Of a stretch of DNA of 64,000 nt, positions 20,301-32,300 are shown in pieces. How positions within the stretch are numbered: position 1 is the first letter of the stretch; every line of letters starts with the position of its first letter. The notes under the pieces are model-generated. The model made no database searches and was not told the origin of the DNA. It saw only the letters and a program-made list of their open reading frames with translations. The translations under genes and the position numbers were made by a program. This stretch comes from Klebsormidium nitens (lineage: Eukaryota > Plantae > Klebsormidiophyceae). The DNA lies in the NCBI GenBank assembly GCA_000708835.1, contig DF237054.1, positions 124,001 through 188,000 of the forward strand, given 5' to 3'.

Positions 20301-23300
20301 CACTTCGAACATGAGGGCGGGAAGTTCTACGAGCGCCTGATGGTACGTTTCCAGGTTCCCATTAACCAAGGCGATCTCTGTGCCCAGGGTTGCTAAGTTT
20401 CTCTGACGGTCCACCTCCTCTCGTTGTGATCCATTCCCGGCTAGGACTTCGCCGAAAACATTCTTGCCAGCAGAAAAGCCCTCGTCAAAGTGTTCCGGAA
20501 CAACTCCGTCTGGGGTTATCCCGTCCGTTCTCCCGACGGAAACCTTCCCAATCTCGACCCGCTGTGGCAACTCGAACGAACTCGCCCTGACGTCACACCC
20601 CAAAAGCATGCTCTCCAGGCGGCTGACTCGCGCCGGCAGATCAAACGAGTCCTTGCTCGAAGCACTTTCAAACCGGGTGGGAAATGCAGTCTCTGCTGAG
20701 TCGCCTGCTTCCTCGGTTGAGATCGAACGGTCCCCAATATCATCATCGGCTTTCGCATTCACACCAACCACCGTGTCCGGTGTGAATACCCCGAGCACTC
20801 CCTCGGGCGGGTCGACGGCGGATGAAGGGTTCCTGGTCTGCTCCCCGGTGGACCGCCCCGACAGCATGCTCTCCAGCCTGGTTATCCGCACCGGCAGGTC
20901 GAGCGACTCCGCTGGCGACCGCTCGTTATTTTCTTGCAGTCCCTTCTGTTTCGCTTCCGCTTCCTCTCCAGTTCCGCTTCCGCTGACGGTCTCGCTCCCG
21001 CCCCCGCTTTCGGACTCGCTTCCGATTCCGTTTCCGTTTGCAGTCTCTCGCAGCATACTTTCGACCCGGGCTACTCGTATCGGAAGGTCTAACGAGCCCT
21101 GGGGTGTCCGTTGCTCTCCGTGGCCGCTTCCGCTTTCGCGTCCGTTTCCGTTTTCGTTTTCGTTTCCGTTTCCGGAATCCCGCTGCATACTCTCGATCCG
21201 GGTTACTCGTACCGGTAACTCGAACGAGCCCTGGGGCGTCCGTTCCTCTCCGTGGCCCGTTCCGTTTCCGCTTCCGCTTTCGGTTCCGATTCCGTCTCCA
21301 ATCTCTGGCAGCATACTGTCAAACCGGGTCACTCGTACCGGTAACTCAAACGATCCCTGGGGCGTCCGTTCCGGTGTGGCACCAGGCGAAGGCCCAGGCG
21401 AAGGAGCGACGGGGTTCCAAGCACAGCCCAGCAGAGGTTCCGCTGTTCCGCCCGATGAAGGTTCCGCCGTTCCGGCCTGAGATCGCAGCGTGTCTATCGC
21501 CTGGGAGACGGGACTGCCGGCAGCATTGCCGGTGACGCCCGTGAATGAGGCGCTGAAGCTTCTCGTTCCGCCGGAACATCCCGTTCCGGCTGCAGTGGAT
21601 TCCGCTCTAACAGTGTTGAGGCGGAGCCGTAACTCCGCGCACTGCTCGCGCAGGGCTTCCAGCTCGAGACGCTCGGCGGCTGCCAAGGCAGGCGCAGCAG
21701 GATTCACGCCATCCTCTGCGGAGCGGCAAAAGCACGTGATTTATAGCCTGCCTATGGCCGTACATATATTGCACCAGAGAGAAAAGGGAGAAAGCAAGTC
21801 CGATCGAGTGTAAGATAAAGTGTGAGACCTTTCAAACACAGCCGCTCGCTGTGACGTGAATTTGAGGGGCTGCGTGTCAATTGATTGTTTGTCGCAAGTT
21901 TGTTACAGTGCATCGCTCGTACCTGGGAAATCTTTGGATTCTCGAAGACATGAGAGGTCACCACTACGGGCCGCTTACCCATGGCGACCGGTTCCTCAAA
22001 GGCGGTGATGACCTCCGCCTCTTCTCTCGGAACCTCTCGTGGTAAATGTTCGGGGACGCCGGTCTGGTTGGGCAACGGTTTTGCAGCCGAGCTCGCTTCC
22101 AGCATGGATTCAACCTGCAAATGAGATGCGCTTTAGATCTTGAAAACAGTTACGCAAAGCATCATACAAGATGGGTCGGGTTCACAAGCCAAGAACTAAA
22201 TTCACCTAAACAGGAAAGACCCAGATTGGAGAAGCGTGCAAGATTGCTTCGGATTCAAAGCTTCGAAGCCAGAAAACGGTTCTCCTTACTCACCTCGTCA
22301 CTTGTTTCTGTCCCCGCAAGTGGTACGTGCCCGCTCGCGCTCAGGTTCTGGACGATTCCATGCTCTCCAAGCTTCGGCGGAATGACGATTCCGCGCTGTC
22401 CAAGCTCCGGCGGCGGAATGACGTCGGCAGAAATACGTCCGGCTCGCAAAGTGTCCAGCTCGCGTTGGAGAGCTGCGAAAATCGTGCAAATCAAAACCTT
22501 AAGTCCCCAAAGATTCTGTCTAAAGTACGCAATGCTGTTGATGAATGAAGCAACCGGTCATGACACTTCTTTCCAGAAAGGACCTCAGTACAAATGAATG
22601 AAGCGTTTCGCACATGTGATTTTGAGGGCATTAGGGAGATTATCGTTTCTACTTGAACAGGCTTAGACAAACAAGTCTGTTCGTCGGACCCCAGGAGCAA
22701 GCAGTACCCCTCTTTCGCTGTAGCTTCTCGTCATGTTTGTATGTTGAACGTGAAGCAAAATCCTCACCGGTCGCTCTGCCTTCTGCAGCCTCCAGTCCCG
22801 CTTTCAGTTCCGTCACAAGCTCTTCCGCTCCTGCCACGATGGCGGAATGAACCAGATCGTCGACTCTGTTTCCAGAGTAACCACCGTCGGTCCTGTTCAA
22901 ACCGCTCTGGGATCCGCCCACGCCTTCCGTCTCTGCCTCCCCTTCCATGCTTTCGGGCTGAGTCGACTTAGTAAACGTCGGCCTGACGTCATCCTGCCGG
23001 AGGTTTGCCAGCTGGCGCTTGCAAAGGGCCACTTCAAACATCAGCGCGGGGAGCTCTGCTAATGCCGCTCCGTACGCTTCCAGCTCGGGACTTTCCACCG
23101 GGCACGTCTTCTGCTGTTCTTGTGACTGGGTTGACTGCCCGGTTACGCCTAAACCGGGCCCACTCTCTCGACTTTCTCCAGTCTGCGTCAACCCCTCGGT
23201 TACTTCCCCCGGTTGGTTCAAAGAGAGGGCGCCGAGCATGCTTTCCAGGCGGGCCACTCGTTCCGGGAGTTCAAAGGCGTCGGAAGATATCCCGGCAGAC

Positions 23301-26300
23301 CCGTTGGAAGAGATCATGCTCTCCAGCCTAGTTACGCGCACCGGTAGGTCGAACGATCCGGAAGGCGACCGCTCGGTGGACTCCTCAGGGGTTTGGTCGC
23401 CGGAAGGCGGGGTGTCTTTGATGCTCTTCCGTTGGGTCACTCGGACGGGCAAGTCAAAGGAGTTGCTGGGCGACCGGTCCGCAGTGAAATGCTGCTCCTG
23501 GTCGCCGAGCAGGATAGATTCCAGCCGACTGACTCGCACGGGGAGGTCGAAGGATCCCAGCGGCGACCGGGATAGCCCATCTGCCGGTTCGGTTAGCAGA
23601 ACTTCCGCTTTCTGGTCGCCGTCCAATTCTGAACTATCGTGCGCTGATTCATTTTCCGGTCCCACATTCAGTTCCTGAATGTGAGTCCCAGCGATGGAGA
23701 CCCCTCCACCTGACGCCGTTTTCCCGACAGCCGTAGCGCTCTCCCCTGAATCTCGACTTTCTCGCCCCGTCTCTCCGGACTCCGTCTCGTCTGTCTCGGT
23801 ACCGTTCTCCTCCGTGTCCTTCCGTTCCGTTACAGTCTCGCTCGAAAGTTCCGCCGGAGCTTCTCCATCCTTGACACCCCGCCCGGTCACCTCTGCCGCC
23901 GTCTCCGTGTCTCTTCCTGCCAGGTACAACATCCGTACCAACTGCTCATTCTCTTCCCCTTTTAACTCCGCTTCTCTTCGTACCCTTTCCAATTCATTCT
24001 CCACCCTCTCCAATGTAGAAACCAGCTCTTCCGTCTCTCTCTTCGCCGCCTTCAGATTGCCACCCAGAGTCTCTTTCTCATTCAATTGCCGCGCCTTGAT
24101 CTCCGAAACCGTCGACAGCGCCAGGGTGATGTCCGCCCCCATCATCTCCGTAAACAACCGTAACTCTGAAGCTAACCCGTGTTTACCGCTCGATAAGCTT
24201 ACCAACCCGCTCAGAAGCTTCGCTCTCGCTCCAGCCATCCCCTCTTTCTTTCCCCTCGAGAACCTCTCGTTCGTTTCCAAGGTCTCTTTCAGCGCCTCAA
24301 TCTCTGATCTCGCGCTTTCCAGCTCCGCTTGGGAAACCAAGATTCGTGCTCTGCCTTCTTCGACCTCCCTCTCAGCATCCACACATCTTTTCTGTGTTCC
24401 TACGATCTCTCCCTTCAACCGTACCGTCTCTTCCTCCAGCACTCTATTAGAATCAGCCCCGGCCGCCACTTCCTCCTCCAGCCGCCGCTGCACTGATTCT
24501 AACTCCCGCCCCCTACCCTCCTCGGCGCTCTCCAAGTCCGCCACTCTGTTTTCCGCCACTTCGAGCGTTGCCGAAACCTCCCTAAACCTCTCCCCCGCGG
24601 CCGCGGCCGCGTCGCCCATCTCCGCGACCCTCAAACTCGCGGCTGCCAAGTCTCTCTCCAGCGCCGCCAAAACCTCGCCAAACCTCTCTCCCGCCGCCGC
24701 GGCCGCATCGCCCATCTGCTCGATCCTCAGGCCCGCGGCCGCCAGATCGCTCTCGAGCCTTGCCGTCTCTTCCCGCGCACTCGACAGCTCGCGTTCCGTT
24801 TCCGCTGCCGCTTGCCTGAGGTCTTCCGTTTCCGTTAGAGCGCCCGCCAGCCGCGCCTCCGCCTCATCCCGGGCCCTTTCAGCGGCCGTCACTTCGGTGC
24901 TTAGGTCAGTATGCGCCTTCTTAGCCGCTTCCAGCTCGGAGCTGACGTCAGAGTGGCCGTTATGAGCCGCCTCTAGCTCCGCTCGAACGTCAGCATGCGC
25001 CTTTTGGGCCGTCTCCAGCTGTTCGATGACGTCGGCACGCGTCCTCTGGACCGCCTCCAGCTCCGAGATGACGTCAGCGTGGGCTTTCTGAGTCTCCTCC
25101 AACTCGTGCATCGCCTCAGAGCGCGCCCTTTGCTCTGCCGCCAGCTCTAGGCTGACGTCACCATGCGCCCTCTGCGACGCCATCAGCTCTGCGCTGACGT
25201 CCGCATGGGCTTCCTGGCTTGCCACCAGTGCGGCTCTAACGTCAGCATGTTCCTTCTGGGCTTCTTCCAATCTTGCCCTGAAGTCAGCCTGGGCCGTCAG
25301 GGACGCCGCCAGCTCAGCGGTGACGTCAGCATGAGCCTTCTTACTGGCTGCCAGCGTGGTGCGGCGGGCGGCGCCTTCCTCAGTCAAGGCCGCCAGCTGG
25401 GCGCTGACGTCAGCGTGCGCGGACCGCGCGTTTTCGAGCTCCGCGCTGACGTAAGCGTGTTCGCTCCAAGCGGCTGCCAGCTGTCTCTCCGCGGCGGCGG
25501 CGCGGTCCTCGTTAGAAGCCAGCTCCACCTTGAGCCGGATGTTCATCTCCCGTGCTTCGGACAGATTGGCTGCAGGAACGTTGGTAATGGGTTCACAATT
25601 TGACGTGTCTCACTCGGGTGCGAATTATACTTGGGTTCGATGCTAAAACTTGACAGTAACGAACTACAAATGTCTCTTGCTTGTCCCTTGCACGTACGGA
25701 ATATCAAGATGCAGAGAAACAGATTGAACTTACATTTGAAGACGTAGAAATGCATTCTACTTCAATCTACATACCCTTAACACGCCCGCAAGGTTGATCA
25801 AGTATTCCCAATCTGTTAGACACCGTTTACAAAATTTGCAAAAAGCTGCAAGCGAGCTCAAAATAGTTGAGATTGCACGTAACAAGCACCACAGGCGCCC
25901 ACATATTTTATTAGTTTCAACAACTGCCAATACTGCAAAGCTGATACTTTCAAGAACACTACAGCTTCGTAGCTTCTACTCTTTAATCTCTGCTAATAGG
26001 CACAGCTACTTACCCGCCGCTCTAGCCTCCGCTTCCGCAAGCTCTGCTTGCAACTCTGCGACGGTCTCCCGCGCGCCTCCCACAATCGACGACAGTACCA
26101 AATCACTCACTGCTCGTTCGCTCTCCGACCCCACCCTCTCTTTTCGTTCCGCTTGCACAGAGTGTTTTACCGCCCCTCTATGTGACGCTTCGACACTTTC
26201 CGGCGCGTCTTTTTCCGGGTCTCCGCTAGTGTTCTGTGAGCTTTCGCTCCGCGGCGTTTCCGTGACGTCATGCTTGCGCCGAAGCTCTGCCAGGTGGCGC

Positions 26301-29300
26301 TTGAAGAGCGCCGCCTCAAACATCACAGCGGGCAGCTCTACGAGAGCCCGCCGATACGCTTCGAGCCGGGCAGTCTCCCCCGAGAACTTTTCTCCCCCCT
26401 TCTTATCCTGACCCGACTCCCCGGTTGATTCCCCCGAGCCATCACCCGCTCTGCCGGATCCACTTTCGTTCGCTGGTGCCACCGACTCGGACACAGTCCC
26501 CGCCCTTTGGACGCTCGGTGAGAATCCCGCCAGCATACTTTCCAGTCGGCTCACTCTGACCGGCAAGTCAAAGGAGCCGCTGGGCGACCGGCCCCCAGGA
26601 GCTTCCTGCCTTTGGTCGCCCAGAAGGCTTTCCAGCCGGCCGACTCGCACGGGGAGGTCGAAGGAAACGGCCTCCGATCGAGTTTCTTCTCTCGACGTAC
26701 TTTGGAGCACACGGCTTGTCGAGTCCTTTTGGGCTAGGTCTGCTGTAAAATGGTCTGAAGCCCCAACCATGTTCCCTGCTAAAGCTTTCTCTGCTGCGGC
26801 AGCAAGGACCGGAGGTGTCTGCGGTACAAACCCGGGGAACTCGGACTCCTTAGTTGCCGAATCAGGGCTCCCGGTTCTTCGCTCCCGGGCGACGTCTTCG
26901 CTTTTGCTCAGTGCCCTTTGTTCCGCTTCCGCATCCTCTCCGGTTCCGGTTCCGGTCCCGTTTCCGTTCCCAGACCCTCGCAGCATACTTTCGACCCGGT
27001 TCACTCGTATCGGGAGGTCAAAGGAGCCTTGGGGCGTCCGTTCCGGTGTACCCGAGGGACTGGGCGGAATTGCCACCGGATTCCAGGCCCACACCGGAAG
27101 CTCCTTCGGCTTGGAGCCTTTCTTTACGCTGACGTCCTCCGACGGAATCGATGCCTGACAAGCAGCGTCTTGCGCCCAAAGAATTGTGGGTCCGCCCGCT
27201 GCAGTTCCGGCGGAACCCGGCTTTGTGGGCTCGAAGAAGCCCTCCATTTGACAGCTCACGCTGCACACCGTCACCGCTTCGGCCGCCGGATTCCGGAGTG
27301 CCTCCATCAGCGGAATCGCCTTCGCCTCTCCGACCACCGCTCCAAACAGGGTCGTGGTCTCACCGTTTGCATTTCGCTGCCCAAGTTCTGCCTCAGCCTC
27401 CGATTCAGAAAGAGCAACCACACTGTTCTGTTCAGTGCTCGCTTTCCGCCCTCCGAGCTCCAAGGGAGTCTCCGAGACGGACGGAAGCTCGCGAGCGCGC
27501 ACGCCCAACCCGCCAAACTCAAACGCGCCCAGGCTGTTCGTCCGCGTCGCGGGCTCGCTGCCGGAGTAACTCGACAGAGTCGATCCCAGGAGACCGCTCA
27601 TGCCGAACGCGTCGACTCCGCTCTCTTGCGAAGTCAGCGTGACGTCAGCAGACCGCACGGAAGGCGCGTCACCCCACGCGGCGCTTTCACTTCCCCCGGT
27701 CTCTTCGAGATGCTGCTTCCCGGGCCCTTGGGGGGTCATGAAGCTGCTTAAGCGCGGTTCCGATTTATCACCCAGGCTTTCGTGCAAAGTAGAACCTTCC
27801 TCCTTGGAGCTTAAGCTAAACTGACCGGGGCTTACGTCTTCAGTGGGCTCTGGCAGGGCGTTCTGGCGTTCCTCCATTGACTTGCTCCGGTCTTCCAACC
27901 GAAGCTCCGGCGGAGCCTCAGCCTTGTCCACGCTTTCCACCGCCCTCAGTCTGTCCTCCAGCCGCGCAATATTGGCCCGCAGTTGTCTATTCTCCTCCAA
28001 AATTGGAGTCTCCTCCTTGGCTCTATCTTCTTCCAATCCACCCGCTGCTCCCACAACCGCAAGTCCAACTTGGGCTCCATCAGCCAAATCCGGTTCTGCG
28101 CTCGACTCCGCTACTTTTTTCGAAGCTTCCCGCCTTTCCGTCTCTTTGTTCTTCCCGTCTTCCTCCCTGTTCCCCCTACTCACTTCTCCCCCTACATTTG
28201 CCTCAGAGGCTTCAGCTTCTTCCACTCCCCCCTTCCTCGAGCATCCAGCCTTTTCCGTTCGTTCCGCCTGCTGCCCCTCCACCGGAACTCCGGGCTTCTC
28301 ACTTTCCTCCCCAGCGCTGAGCGTTTCTTCCAGAGGAGCGACCGCTCCTCCGAGCGCCGCGTTCTCCGGCGCCGCCAATTCTTTCTGCGCGAGCTCCTCC
28401 TGGAGCGCGCGCACTTCAAGGCGCAGGCCCGCGATCGCCTGCGCGGCCGTCGCGCGCTCCTCGCGCAGCCGCGCTATCTCGAGTTGCTCGTCGTGCGTTT
28501 CCGGATCTGCGCTTGCCTCTTCTGAGATACTCGCGGGTGCATCCTGCAAAAGTGGTGGCATGAACGGATCAGAGGCCGCTAATGTGAAACAGAGCTGCCG
28601 CTTGCTTGAAAGGTAGATAGCCGCTCCCTCTTGCCCTTCATAGTGATTCGTGTGTTCTTCCGGTTGTGTAGCTGTGTAAACAGCAGTCGCAATCCGGAAG
28701 TCTGCCATCAGAGACTCTGACTGACTCAGGAAAGCTTGCTGAAAGCACCTTTTTCAGAAGAGAATAAGTCATGTGGACGACACCAATTGAAGGTTTCACT
28801 TGACAGACACGCGCGTCTGCTTAACGAATATTAGAAGCACTTGAGTCCGGGAGAGAATGGAATCGTAAGAGGTATGGAAGGGCTTTCTACCCTCGAAATT
28901 ATTGCAGAATTGAGACGGTGCGCTTACCGCGGCATTGCGGCTTGCAATCTGCACGGCTGGCGGTTGAGCAGTGTCTATTAGGCCCTCATCCTGTTGCGGC
29001 CCCTCGCTGTCGATCAGAGAGTCGCTCGCAGCGCCCAGCTCCGCTTGCAGGTACTCCAAGTCGTCTTGAAGCGCTGCGGAGAAAAAAAATGTACTAAGAT
29101 GCTCATTTGTGAAGACCTCCACTTTGTCATACCAAGAGCGTGGCTCTGAGTCTTTTTAATCTTCGAATTGCTGGGCCCCTAAAAGACGGAAGAGGGAAGC
29201 AAAGAGGAGAAAGTGGTCCCGTCTGATATGAAGCTGTGAAATACCGTCATTTGAAGTGACTTGTTGAGCTCTAAGATTTTTGATGCCGATGCTAAGATTC

Positions 29301-32300
29301 CTGCGCAAGATCCTCCGTGCGCTGTTACGGTGCATGCCTTATGCTCAACGTTGCCGGCATACAGTCGAAGGCTCTTGACCTGAAAGAATTAGAACCTCCA
29401 CACTAATAGAATCTGTCCTTGCGAGGGATAAGAATGGTTATTCGAATTGAAACTTGAAGAGGATAAGTTTGCATCCGGCTTACCAGCGGCCATCCCCTCC
29501 GCCATCTGCAGGTCCTCCTTGACTTCCGCCAGGACCTCTTCCGCTCCGGCCATGATTGCGGAATGAACGAAGTTGTCGACCGCTTTGTCGGTCTCCAAGC
29601 TTCTGCGAGCTTCTTGCTCCGACTTGAGATTGAGGACAGCGGACTGGAGGCTCGCAGCGGTCGCGGCCTGTAACTCGTGGAGCGTAACCACTTCTTCTCT
29701 GAGGGCATTCACACTCGCAGACTCGATCTGCATTTCAACCTGCGAGGAGGAATGTAGATTCTTCAAAGTGAAGTGATGACAGTATCAAGTCCGACCTTCT
29801 GATCTGTGCAGCGTAATAAGAAGATAGACTTTGGGAGTGGTCTGTGGTGTATGAAACGGGGTTTAAAAATTGACGACTTGAGTCCTACCTTTGGAGACCG
29901 GATAAAGCGCAGTTCACTTTGCGGCCGGCTTCAATCAGTCCCAGTCTCCCAAGTTCTACAACTGATAACTTGCCCGCTTTGAGTACTCCCACGTTGTGTG
30001 GTGCAAGTACCTTGACCCAAATCTGTCGTCAATCAGTGCCTAAAATCATTCCCGGCAATTGAATGGCACTCCAAGTCCAGAAAAGCGAAGCTAATCCTCT
30101 GGCCTACTCAAAAAAAATCCCTGAGCTTCCAAAGCCGGCTTACCGTTTCCTCCTCATAACCAGCTTCCTCCTCCCGAACTTCCGGTCCGCCCTCTCCAGT
30201 TTCCGAAAGGTCCTCCTCCTCAACGCCTGTGTTCCTCCCTTTCACGATCTCCAGCTCTCTCAGTGCAACTCGCAGCTCCTCCCGGGCACTCTCAATCTTC
30301 CCGCGGGCATCGCCCACTTCCCCGTTCGCTTCATCCAGCCTGCCGCGTGCCAACGTCAGATCCTCGTTACTAGAGGTTACCTCCTCCCGAGTCCTTTCCA
30401 GCGCCTCTTGGAGGAATTTTAACTCCCCGGTAGCTTTCTCCAGCTTCCCGTGCGCCGACTCTAGTTCTTCAACGCTGGCAATCGTATCCGCCCGGTTACT
30501 CTGAAGTGCCCCCCGGCCCTCGCTCAGCGCCTCGTTTGTCGCTCGCAGCTTGCCACGTGTCAGCGCCAGATCCTGGTTGCTATCCCTTACCTCTCCCCGC
30601 GTCCTTTCGAGCGCTTCCCGGAGGCTACTCAATTCCCCGGTTTCTCTGTCAAGCCTCCCTTGGGCCGACTCTAGTTCCTCAACACTGGCAACCGTATCCT
30701 CCCGGTTCCTCTCCAGAGCCACCAGGGACTCTCTCAGCGCCTCGTTTGTAGCCCGCAACTTGCCACGTGTCAGCGCCAGACCCTCGTTGCTAGCCGTTAC
30801 ATCTCCCCGAGTCATTTCTAGCTCTTCCCGGAGGATACTTAACTCCCCCTTCGCTTTCAGGAGAATGAGCTCCCAGGTCGCTTTCTCCAGCCTGCGGTGC
30901 GCCAACTCTAGTTCCTCAACACTGGCAACCGTAGCCGCCCGGTTCCTCTGAAGACCTCCCTGAGACTCGCTCAGCGTCTCGTTTGTAGCGCGCAGCTTGC
31001 CACGTGTCAGCGTCAGATCCTCTTCGCCAGCTTTTACCTCCCCCCGAGTCCTTTCAAGCGCTTCCTGGAGGAAAATCAGCTCCCCGGTTGCTCTTTCCTG
31101 CCTTCCGTGCGCCGACTCTAGTTCCTCAACACTGGAGGCCATTTCTGCCCGATTATCCCGAAGAGCTCCCCGGGACTCGCTCAGCGCCTCGTTTGTAGCC
31201 CGCAGCTTGCCACGTGTTAGCGCCAGAACCTGGTTGTTATTCCTTGCCTCTCCCCGCGTCCTTTCTACCTCTCCCTGGAGGAGAATCAGCTCCCCGGTTG
31301 CCTTCTCCAGCCTGCCGTGCGCCGACTCTACTTCAATATTGGCGACCGTTTCCGCCCGGTTAATTTGAACAGCCCCCCGAGACTCGCTCAGCGCCTCGTT
31401 CGTAGCCCGCAGCTTGCCACGTGTCACGAAGAGCTCTCTTTTTGTTTCTTCCACCTCCCGGTGCAACTTCCCGAGCTCTTCCCTCGCTTCATTTACAAGT
31501 CCCGAAAAGACAACCCCTTCTTCGTCGGCTCGCGTCCCTCTCGGGTTAGTGGAAACCACCTCCTCTAACCGTTTTCCAGTTGCAAAATCAGGGTTCTCCA
31601 ACCCCGTCTTTTCGACCTTGGCAGGCTCTTCCACCGGTGACGGCGACTCAATTGAAAACAAGGCCCGCTTGAAGGTCGCCGAAATCTCCTCCAGGTTGGT
31701 TTCCCCGGGCAAGTCTCCGTCTCTAGCGGCTCGCAGGAGCGCCAAATGCGCGTCTGCGGTCGTCAGCTCGACGCGCGCGGCCGCGAGCTTGTGCGCCGTC
31801 TGCCGCAGCTCCTCCCTGGCTGACGTCACCAGCTGCGTCATGTCGCGCTGTGCCACTTCCGCGCTCACAGCCTGCACTTGAAAGTTAAGATGCTTAGAAG
31901 ATGCTTGGTAGCAGGTCCTTGTGCGTCAAAAAGGTCTGCGCATGTCAGTGCCCGCAAAGGCTTTGCTTACCAAAAGAAAGAGTGGGCGCATCACTCATAT
32001 CCTCGGCGATTGAGAGGCATTTTAACGTAGAGGTCCACATCAGATCGGGTTTGCATTACCGCCGGTCGCGACAATGGCTCTCTGAAGTACTGCCAATATG
32101 ACATGAAGGGCGCTTCAAGCTTTACCTTTAGCCACGATGACGAAGGGCCTTTATATATTGAACCACAACGAGTGCCGTCACTAAGAATCTTCTTTAACAT
32201 ACAGGAGTTCCAAACCCTGTCGTATCGATTTTTCCTCACCTCTTTCGAACCTTCGAGAGGGTTTTGGTGCTCGTTAGGTGAAGAAGCACCTGTGTAAGCG

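Noticed and set aside
24940-25455. Dense array of TGACGTCA (bZIP/CRE) palindromes
   Set aside because: Fully explained by the A-D-V-S codons of the 14-aa coding repeat.
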